64,000 bases of DNA from Agrococcus sp. (GTDB lineage: Bacteria > Actinomycetota > Actinomycetes > Actinomycetales > Microbacteriaceae). The first letter of the stretch is position 1. Each line of letters starts with the position of its first letter. The stretch spans positions 32 to 64,031 of the forward strand of contig DASSWM010000218.1 of the NCBI GenBank assembly GCA_035704865.1, read 5' to 3'. Below, in pieces: positions 10,295 through 17,513 of the stretch. The position numbers were made by a program, and so were the translations under genes. The notes under the pieces are model-generated. The model was given only the letters and a program-made list of their open reading frames with translations. It made no database searches and was not told the DNA's origin.

Positions 10295-10340
10295 CGAGCG
10301 AAGGGGCGGTCCGGCTTCGGCCGGACCGCCCCTTCGCTCG
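10295..10340. terminator. Bidirectional terminator-like hairpin
   Basis: Perfect 21-bp stem cgagcgaaggggcggtccggc / gccggaccgccccttcgctcg with TTCG loop, between convergent genes. Confidence 0.85.
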
Positions 10341-10347
10341 CAGCGGG

Positions 10348-11220
10348 TCAGCGCGCAGCGCGCGCGGCCATCAGCTCGCGGATGGCCGTCGCATCGCCGT
10401 AGGTCTCCTTCGAGTCGTACGGCCGATCCGGGAAGGCGCCGATCTCGAGCCGGATGTCGAGCCCGTGCTCCGCGATGAAGCGCTCCACCTGATCGCGCAG
10501 CGAGACGGGCTCGCCCGAGCAGACGTTGATGACGCCGCGCAGCTCGTCCTGCAGCACCACCGCGGCGATCTGCTCGCCGAGCTCGCGCACGTGGATGAAG
10601 TCGAACCGGTTGGTGCCGGTGGTGAACGGGAAGGTCTGCTTGCCCTGGTCGGCGGCCTGCAGCAGCTTCGTGAAGATCGACTGGTTGTTCCGGTCGTCGC
10701 CGTAGATGTAATAGGCGCGCAGCCACTGCACGACGTGGTCGTCGCCGAAGCTGTGGAGCGTCGCGCGGCGCAGCGCGTCCTTCGCGATGCCGTACAGCGA
10801 CATCGGGTTCGTGGGCGTCTCAGCGGTGATGGCGCCCTCGTGCCTGCCGACCTCGTGCATGGTGCCGAGCGCCGCGATGCGGCGCACCCCTGCCTCGGCG
10901 AAGTGCTCGAGCACCCGGAAGTGGTCCGACAGGCGCAGCATGTGCGCGGGCGCGTTGTGCGCGAAGCCGGCCTCCCATGCCAGGTGCACCACCGCATCCG
11001 GGACGTCGGCCGTCAGCCGGTCGAGCGGCGCATCGGGTGCGAGCAGATCGAGCTCGATGATCTCGGCACGCTCGTCGACGCGGTAGGCGCGCTGCTGGCG
11101 CACGACGGCCGTCACACGTGCGCCGGCATCGAGCAGGGCCGTCACGACGTGCCTGCCGATGTAGCCAGCCGCACCGGTCACCACGACATGCTGCTGCGCC
11201 ACCACGGCCTCCTCTGCCAT
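10348..11220 (-). CDS. NAD-dependent epimerase/reductase, Tll-like (dTDP-6-deoxy-L-talose forming)
   Basis: GAAGYIG, YGIAK; 'LAWEAGFAHN', 'GTMHEVG', 'YYIYGDD', 'FPDRPYDS' recalled as characteristic of Tll; TAGCAT -10 7 nt upstream of ATG. Confidence 0.72.
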   Translation of the reverse strand: MAEEAVVAQQHVVVTGAAGYIGRHVVTALLDAGARVTAVVRQQRAYRVDERAEIIELDLLAPDAPLDRLTADVPDAVVHLAWEAGFAHNAPAHMLRLSDHFRVLEHFAEAGVRRIAALGTMHEVGRHEGAITAETPTNPMSLYGIAKDALRRATLHSFGDDHVVQWLRAYYIYGDDRNNQSIFTKLLQAADQGKQTFPFTTGTNRFDFIHVRELGEQIAAVVLQDELRGVINVCSGEPVSLRDQVERFIAEHGLDIRLEIGAFPDRPYDSKETYGDATAIRELMAARAAR

Positions 11221-11246
11221 CGCGTCGATGCTATCGGCCGGCCGGG

Positions 11247-12242
11247 TCAGATCCGAAACAGCCAGCGCACCGGGGTCCGCAGCTGCACGAGCCACGCGAG
11301 CGCGGCACCGGCGAGCATGGCGCCCAGCACCATCGCGGCCACGACCTCCGTGAACCCGAGCGGGATGAGCGGGGCGGCGACGAGCTGCAGGGTCCAGTAC
11401 ATCGTGATCCAGTGCGTGACGTAGTAGACGATCGAGTGCCGACCGACCCATCGCAGCCAGCGGGAGACCGGGTCGCGCCAGGGCAGCAGCGACAGCAGCG
11501 CGACGCCGACCGTGAGCGAGACGAGCAGGGGCGCCGCGAAGCGCGCGTCGTTCGAGACGTGGCTGCCCGGCTGCAGCGAGGCGACCACCACGCTCCCGGT
11601 GCACACGACGCCGATGACGATCGAGATCGGGTGCCGCAGCAGCCGCAGCGCTGCGGGGAGGTGCTGCATGAGCAGGTGCCCGGTGAAGAAGAAGCCGAGC
11701 ATGAGCAGGGTGCGCTCGGGCCGCATCATCTCGATCGCCTCGGGCAGCGGCAGGAGGCCGACGACTCCCGCGAGCAGCAGCGCGGCCACCATCGTGATCC
11801 AGGCAGGCACCCGCCGCAGCGCGAGCGCGATGAGGTACGCGATCAGCAGCGTGTGGAGGTACCAGAGATAGGTGTTGGGCGCCCACAGCCCGAGCACCGC
11901 GGTCTCGAGCCCGAGGCTCGGGAAGTTCAGGAGCAGGATCGCCATCCACACGGCGTACGGCCACGCGATCGCGCGCAGCTTGCCGGTGACGTATCGCCCC
12001 GCGCCCTTCGACAGCGAGCCGCCCAGCAGCATGCCCGAGAGCGTCATGAGCAGCGGGATCCGGAACGGCGACGCGATGGTGTTGAAGATGTCGATCGCGA
12101 TGTGCGGGAGCATGCCGATCGAGCGCAGCATCTCGGTCGCGTGCAGCAGCACGATGAGCACGATCGCGAGTCCCCGGAGCCCATCCATCCACAGCATGCG
12201 CTCGCGACGCACGGGCGCGTCGACGGGGCGGGGCATGGTCAT
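11247..12242 (-). CDS. Acyltransferase family 3
   Basis: 'WMDGLRGLAIVLIVLLH', 'FRIPL..LSG', 'LWYL', 'GRHSIVYYVTH'. Confidence 0.85.
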   Translation of the reverse strand: MTMPRPVDAPVRRERMLWMDGLRGLAIVLIVLLHATEMLRSIGMLPHIAIDIFNTIASPFRIPLLMTLSGMLLGGSLSKGAGRYVTGKLRAIAWPYAVWMAILLLNFPSLGLETAVLGLWAPNTYLWYLHTLLIAYLIALALRRVPAWITMVAALLLAGVVGLLPLPEAIEMMRPERTLLMLGFFFTGHLLMQHLPAALRLLRHPISIVIGVVCTGSVVVASLQPGSHVSNDARFAAPLLVSLTVGVALLSLLPWRDPVSRWLRWVGRHSIVYYVTHWITMYWTLQLVAAPLIPLGFTEVVAAMVLGAMLAGAALAWLVQLRTPVRWLFRI

Positions 12243-12364
12243 GCGGGCTCTTCCTCGGGATGGGCGACCGTCCACGATAGCGCAGGGGCGTGCGTGCTCA
12301 GCAGTCGGGCCGGTCCCGTGTGCGAGGATTGCTCGCCGCCATCGTTCAGCGAACCGGAGCCATC

Positions 12365-13174
12365 TTGCGCGTCGTCGTCCTCGTGCCCACCTACAACGAG
12401 CTCGAGGCGCTGCCGATCACGATGGACCGCCTGCTGCAGGCGGCCCCCGAGGTCGAGGTGCTCGTGATCGATGATGCGAGCCCGGACGGCACGGGCGAGC
12501 TCGCCGACGCCATGGCCGCGGCCGACTCCCGCATCAGCGTGCTGCACCGCGGCGCGAAGGAGGGCCTCGGCGCCGCCTACCTCCACGGCATGCGAGTCGC
12601 GCTCGAGCGAGGGGCGGATGCCGTGGTCGAGTTCGACGCCGACGGCTCGCACCCTGCCGAGGCGGTCCCGCGCATGCTCGCTCGCCTGCGCGACGGCGCG
12701 GCGCCGGGCGCGGATCTCGTGATCGGCTCGCGCTGGGTCGCGGGTGGCGGCATCGCCGACTGGCCGTGGCATCGCGAGGCGATCTCGCGCATCGGCAATG
12801 CGTACGCGCGCGTCATGCTCGGCTCGCCCGTGCGCGACATGACGGCCGGCTGCCGCGCCTACACGGCCGACCTGCTGCGCCGCATCCCGCTCGAGCGCGT
12901 GCGCAGCCAGGGCTACTGCTTCCAGATCGACATGACGCGCAGGGCGCTCGAGGCGGGCGCCGTCGTGGTCGAGCTGCCGATCGTGTTCCGCGAGCGCGAG
13001 GTGGGCGTCTCCAAGATGACGCCCGGCATCGTGCGCGAGGCGCTCACGAACGTGACCGGCTGGGCGCTCGGACGTGCGCTGCGCGCGGTGGAGCTGAGGG
13101 CGAAGGCCCTTTCGGGCCTTCGCCGCGACCCCAGCGCCGGGACCCGTCCCGGGTCCCGGGACCGGTGGAGCTGA
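12365..13174 (+). CDS. Polyprenol monophosphomannose synthase (Ppm1-like GT2)
   Basis: 'PTYNE', 'DDASPDGTG', 'GLGAAY', 'DADGSH', 'GYCFQID', 'FREREVGVSKM'; TTG start after GGAG. Confidence 0.88.
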   Translation: MRVVVLVPTYNELEALPITMDRLLQAAPEVEVLVIDDASPDGTGELADAMAAADSRISVLHRGAKEGLGAAYLHGMRVALERGADAVVEFDADGSHPAEAVPRMLARLRDGAAPGADLVIGSRWVAGGGIADWPWHREAISRIGNAYARVMLGSPVRDMTAGCRAYTADLLRRIPLERVRSQGYCFQIDMTRRALEAGAVVVELPIVFREREVGVSKMTPGIVREALTNVTGWALGRALRAVELRAKALSGLRRDPSAGTRPGSRDRWS

Positions 13175-13203
13175 GGGCGAAGGCCCTTTCGGGCCTTCGC
13201 CGC
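13086..13203. repeat. Two identical 41-bp palindromic repeats separated by a 36-bp hairpin spacer
   Basis: cggtggagctgagggcgaaggccctttcgggccttcgccgc at 13086-13126 and 13163-13203. Confidence 0.9.
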
Positions 13204-13209
13204 TGACCG

Positions 13210-14388
13210 TCACACGAAGGCGGAGCTGCCCGTGATCGCGCGCCCGACGATGAGCGAGTTCATCTGCGCCGTGCCCTCGTAGGTGTAGAGCGCCTCGGCG
13301 TCGGCGAAGAACCGCGCCACGTCGTAGTCGGTGACGATGCCGTTGCCGCCGCACACCTCGCGGCACCACGAGACGACCTCGCGCATGCGCGTGGTCGCGT
13401 ACGCCTTGGCGAGCGCCGAGTGGGCGTCCTCCTGCCTGCCCTCGTCGAGCATGCGCGACACCTGCACGCACAGCGCGATCGAGGCGGTGATGTGCCCGAG
13501 CGACTTCGCGAGCAGATCCTGCACGAGCTGGTGCGCGGCGACGGGCTTGCCGAACTGCACGCGCTCGGTCGTGTAGCGCACGGCCGCCTCGTACGCGCCG
13601 ACCATGACGCCCACCGCGCTCCAGGCCACCTCGGCGCGCGTGAGCCGCAGCACCCGCCCGGTGTCGCGGAAGCTCGACGCCTCCTGCAGGCGCATCGACT
13701 CCGGCACGCGCACGCCCTCGAGCACGATGTCCGCGTTCTGCACCATGCGCAGCGAGATCTTGCGCTCGATCTTCGTCGCCGTGAAGCCAGCGGTGCCGGT
13801 CGGCACGATGAAGCCCTTCACCTGCCCGTCGGCGACGTCCTTCGCCCAGATGACGACGATGTCGGCGTGCGTGGCGTTGCCGATCCAGCGCTTCTCGCCG
13901 TCGAGCACCCACTCGTCGCCCTCGCGCCGGGCGGTCGTGCGCAGCCCCTGCGCCGAGTCCGAGCCGGAGAGCGGCTCGGTGAGGCCGAACGCGCCGACCA
14001 CCGAGCAGTCGGCGAGCCGCGGCAGCCACTCGGCGCGCTGCTCGGCGGAGCCGCAGACGCCGATCGAGCCCGCGACGAGCCCGTTCTGCACGCCGACGAA
14101 GGTCGAGACGGATGCGTCCACACGGCTCATCTCGAGCGCCACCCAGCCGCGGTAGACCGCCGAGTTCTCGAACCGGGCGCTCTCGGCCCACCCGGGGCCG
14201 ACCACGCCGAGCGCCGCGATGCCGGGGATGAGCTGGGTCGGGAAGGCGTCGCGGTGCCAGTGCTCGTCGATCACGGGCCGCACCTGCTGCTCCATGAACG
14301 CGCGGATCTCGGCGAGCGAGGCCTGCTCGGCGTCGGTGAGGTCGCGGGCGAATCCGTAGAAGTCGCTCGTGAGCGGCGTGAACGTCAT
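13210..14388 (-). CDS. Acyl-CoA dehydrogenase (glutaryl-CoA dehydrogenase-like)
   Basis: 'FGLTEP..GSD', 'GEKRWIGN', 'R.QFGKP', 'GGNGI', 'YEGT'. Confidence 0.9.
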   Translation of the reverse strand: MTFTPLTSDFYGFARDLTDAEQASLAEIRAFMEQQVRPVIDEHWHRDAFPTQLIPGIAALGVVGPGWAESARFENSAVYRGWVALEMSRVDASVSTFVGVQNGLVAGSIGVCGSAEQRAEWLPRLADCSVVGAFGLTEPLSGSDSAQGLRTTARREGDEWVLDGEKRWIGNATHADIVVIWAKDVADGQVKGFIVPTGTAGFTATKIERKISLRMVQNADIVLEGVRVPESMRLQEASSFRDTGRVLRLTRAEVAWSAVGVMVGAYEAAVRYTTERVQFGKPVAAHQLVQDLLAKSLGHITASIALCVQVSRMLDEGRQEDAHSALAKAYATTRMREVVSWCREVCGGNGIVTDYDVARFFADAEALYTYEGTAQMNSLIVGRAITGSSAFV

Positions 14389-14519
14389 GGGTCCTCCTGT
14401 CGGCGGCGATCGCCGCGTGGCTCCCGGCCGGCGGCCGTCGGCGCCAGGCTACGGCGGCGGGCGGGACGCCGCCGCGCCGTTGGTACGCTCATGCCAATCT
14501 GCCGGAAGGAGACCGCGGC

Positions 14520-15671
14520 GTGTTTGTGCCGATCGCCAACGAGCCGAGGGACTACGCGTGGGGCAGCAGGACGCTCCTGGCGGACTACCTGGGCCGCGAC
14601 CGCTCCGGTGACCCCGAGGCAGAGCTGTGGTTCGGCGCGCACCCGGGCTGCCCGGCGCTCGTGACGGCGGGCGCGGGCGCGGGCGCGACACTCGACGCTG
14701 CGCTCGACGCCGCCGAGCTGCGGCACCCGGCGATCCTGCTGAAGGTGCTCGCGGCGGGTGAGCCGCTCTCGCTGCAGGTGCACCCCGACGCCGCTCGAGC
14801 GAAGGCCGGCTTCGAGCGCGAGGACGCCGCGGGCATCCCGCGCGACGCGCCCGAGCGCTGCTATCGCGACCCGCACCCCAAGCCGGAGCTCGTGGTCGCG
14901 GTCACGCCGTTCGAGGCGCTCAGCGGCTTCCGCCCGCACGAGCAGGCGCTCGCGGTCGTCGACGCGCTCGCCGCGGCGGACGCGAGGCTCGCGCCGGTCG
15001 CCGAGCACGTGCGCGCCGGCGACGCGCTCGCGTGGCTGCTCTCGGACGCCGCGGACGTCGCGCGAGCGGTCGAGGCCGTGCCGTCGGCCGCGGCCGCGAT
15101 CGCGCCGGCGCACCCGGTCGAGGCCGACACCGTCGCGCGCCTCGTCGCCGCGCACCCGCGCGACCCCGGCATCCTCATCGCCCTCCTGCTCAACCGCGTG
15201 ACGCTGCAGCCCGGGGAGGCGCTCTACCTGCCGGCCGGCAACATGCACGCCTACCTCTCGGGCCTCGGCATCGAGCTCATGAGCGCGAGCGACAACGTGC
15301 TGCGCTGCGCGTTCACGCCCAAGCACATCGATGTCGCCGAGCTGCTCGAGGTCGTCGACCGCACGCCCCTGGCCGACCCGCGGCTGCCGGCGGAGCGGCT
15401 CGAGGGCGCCACGGCCTACCGGCCCGACGCGCCCTTCGAGCTGCGCAGGGTCGCCGGCGAGCACCGCGCGCCGGCCGCGCGCGCGCTGCTGATCGCCGCG
15501 CGCCCCGCCCGCATCGTCGTCGACGAGGAGGCGCACGAGCTGCGCGCGGGGGAGGGTGCGTGGATCGACGCCGACGCGCCGTTCTCTGTGGCCTCCGAGG
15601 AGGCGTGGCTCGCGCTCGAGCGCGACACGCCGGACGCCCGACTCCCGGCCCGAGGGGCGCGACACTCCTAG
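14520..15671 (+). CDS. manA: Mannose-6-phosphate isomerase, class I
   Basis: 'YAWGS', 'AELWFGAHP', 'LSLQVHP', 'KPEL', 'HAYLSG', 'SDNVLR'. Confidence 0.93.
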   Translation: MFVPIANEPRDYAWGSRTLLADYLGRDRSGDPEAELWFGAHPGCPALVTAGAGAGATLDAALDAAELRHPAILLKVLAAGEPLSLQVHPDAARAKAGFEREDAAGIPRDAPERCYRDPHPKPELVVAVTPFEALSGFRPHEQALAVVDALAAADARLAPVAEHVRAGDALAWLLSDAADVARAVEAVPSAAAAIAPAHPVEADTVARLVAAHPRDPGILIALLLNRVTLQPGEALYLPAGNMHAYLSGLGIELMSASDNVLRCAFTPKHIDVAELLEVVDRTPLADPRLPAERLEGATAYRPDAPFELRRVAGEHRAPAARALLIAARPARIVVDEEAHELRAGEGAWIDADAPFSVASEEAWLALERDTPDARLPARGARHS

Positions 15672-15681
15672 AATCTCCGAC

Positions 15682-15711
15682 TTGACGCGAGGCGAACTAC
15701 ACCGGTGTAAT
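15682..15711 (+). promoter_or_regulatory. Putative whiB promoter with overlapping palindrome
   Basis: TTGACG (15682) ... TGTAAT (15706); palindrome TACACCGGTGTA at 15698-15709. Confidence 0.5.
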
Positions 15712-15759
15712 TGGTGCAACGCGGGCCCGGCCGGGGTCCCGCAGGAACCGGGGGAAGCC

Positions 15760-16116
15760 ATGCGAGAGGGAGTGCAGCGCAGCACGACAGCAGCGCGAGG
15801 CATCGAAGAGGGCGGGCTGCGACGCGGCGTGCCCGGCGACTGGTTCGTCGACCCGATCATGCTCGGGGTTCCGGGCGTCCGCGATGAGGCAGACGACCAC
15901 CCCCTGTCCTGGCAGGCCGACGCGCTGTGCGCCGAGACCGACCCCGAGGCGTTCTTCCCCGAGAAGGGCGGCTCGACGCGCGATGCGAAGCGCATCTGCG
16001 ACACGTGCGAGGTGCGCCAGCAGTGCCTCGAGTACGCGCTCGAGAACGACGAGCGCTTCGGCATCTGGGGCGGCCTGTCCGAGCGAGAGCGACGCAAGCT
16101 CCGCAAGCTCGCCTGA
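15760..16116 (+). CDS. whiB: WhiB family Fe-S transcriptional regulator (WhiB/WhiB2-type)
   Basis: 'WQADALCAETDPEAFFPEKGGSTRDAKRICDTCEVRQQCL...GIWGGLSERERR'. Confidence 0.95.
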   Translation: MREGVQRSTTAARGIEEGGLRRGVPGDWFVDPIMLGVPGVRDEADDHPLSWQADALCAETDPEAFFPEKGGSTRDAKRICDTCEVRQQCLEYALENDERFGIWGGLSERERRKLRKLA

Positions 16117-16166
16117 GCGGCGGCCGCCGGTGACGCGCACCCAGCGTCCCGTGGAACGATGAGCAC

Positions 16167-17444
16167 ATGACGAACCAGCGCCGCCGCGCGATGCTCGCGA
16201 CCTGGGTCGTCGCCAACGCCGCCGCCGGCGACGCGGTGCGCAACGTCATCGGCTACCCCATGTGGGCAGCCATGGCGGTGCTCACCTTCATCTGGGTCTT
16301 CATCGAGCTGGGCCTGCTGCGGGTGCGCCTGCAGCGGATGCCGGTCACGGTCGTCGCGTTCGTGGCGATGGCGGTGCTCTCGGCGATCTGGGCCATCGCA
16401 CCTGGGTGGTCGCTCGTCGGGTCGTTCGTGCTCATCGGCACCGTCGCGAGCGCGGTGCTGATCGCCTCGCTGCCGTACCGGCTGATCCTCGACCTGACGC
16501 ACTGGACCATGCAGGGCCTGCTGATCGCCTCCCTGCTGTTCGAGGCGTTCGTCGCGCTCGTGCTGCGACGCCCACTGTTCCCGCTCTGGGCCGACTACCC
16601 GGCGGATGCCAGCGGCGAGCTGCACTGGTCGAGCGGGCTGCTGATCGAGGGCGGGCGCATCCAGGGCATCATGGGCAACGCGAACCTGCTCGGCATGGTC
16701 GCGCTCGTCGCGCTCGTCATCGCGGGCTGCCGGGCGGCGGCCGGGCTCGACCGGTGGTGGCCCGTCTGGGTCGCGCTGCCGATCCTCACGCACGCCCTGA
16801 CGCGCAGCGCGACCGTGCTCTTCGCGACCGCGATGGTCGGCGTGCTGACCTTCCTGGTCGTCGCCTGGGTGCGTTGGCGGGGTGCGACCTTCTACCGCAT
16901 CTTCGGCATGGCGATCGCGGTCGGTCTCGCGCTCGTCGGCCTGATCGTCGCCAACTGGAACGCGGTGACGGAGTTCCTGGGCCGCGACGCGGACATGACG
17001 GGGCGGTTCGACATCTGGGGGCGCGTCATCGACCTCGGCCTCACGAGCCCGGTCGTGGGCGTCGGCTACCTCGGCTACTGGCTGCCGTGGGTCGAGCCCT
17101 TCGACACGCTCGGCGAGATGCACGGCATGGTCTACCTGCAGGCGCACAATGTGTGGCTCGACGTGTTCATGCAGCTCGGCCTCGTCGGCGTGCTGCTGTG
17201 GGCGGGCATCCAGTACCGGGCGGTCTCCAACTGCCTCGGCGCCCTCTACCGCGCACCGGTGGGAGAGCGGGCGCTCAACGCCATCCCGCTACTGCTGTGG
17301 GTCGCGCTGTTCGTGCAGGGGCTGGCGGAATCCCGCCCCTGGATCGAGTACGGCATGATGCTGCTCGTCATCTTCGCGATCGGTCCGCTGCGGAAGCAGA
17401 TCGCGCCCAGGGCGCCGCGCACCGAGGCGATCACGATCCGCTGA
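16167..17444 (+). CDS. O-antigen ligase/Wzy_C family membrane protein
   Basis: 'GNANLLG', 'MTGRFDIW', 'GVGY', 'AHNVWLD...LGLVG'. Confidence 0.82.
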   Translation: MTNQRRRAMLATWVVANAAAGDAVRNVIGYPMWAAMAVLTFIWVFIELGLLRVRLQRMPVTVVAFVAMAVLSAIWAIAPGWSLVGSFVLIGTVASAVLIASLPYRLILDLTHWTMQGLLIASLLFEAFVALVLRRPLFPLWADYPADASGELHWSSGLLIEGGRIQGIMGNANLLGMVALVALVIAGCRAAAGLDRWWPVWVALPILTHALTRSATVLFATAMVGVLTFLVVAWVRWRGATFYRIFGMAIAVGLALVGLIVANWNAVTEFLGRDADMTGRFDIWGRVIDLGLTSPVVGVGYLGYWLPWVEPFDTLGEMHGMVYLQAHNVWLDVFMQLGLVGVLLWAGIQYRAVSNCLGALYRAPVGERALNAIPLLLWVALFVQGLAESRPWIEYGMMLLVIFAIGPLRKQIAPRAPRTEAITIR

Positions 17445-17513
17445 GCCGAGGAATCGGGCGGCACACCGCCCGCAACCCCGGGCTGCGGCGACGTTCCCGC
17501 CTAGCCTTGCCAA

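Noticed and set aside
13086-13203. Minimal CRISPR array (repeat-spacer-repeat dimensions fit)
   Set aside because: Only two repeats, the spacer is itself palindromic, no cas genes or AT-rich leader, and it lies at a convergent gene junction
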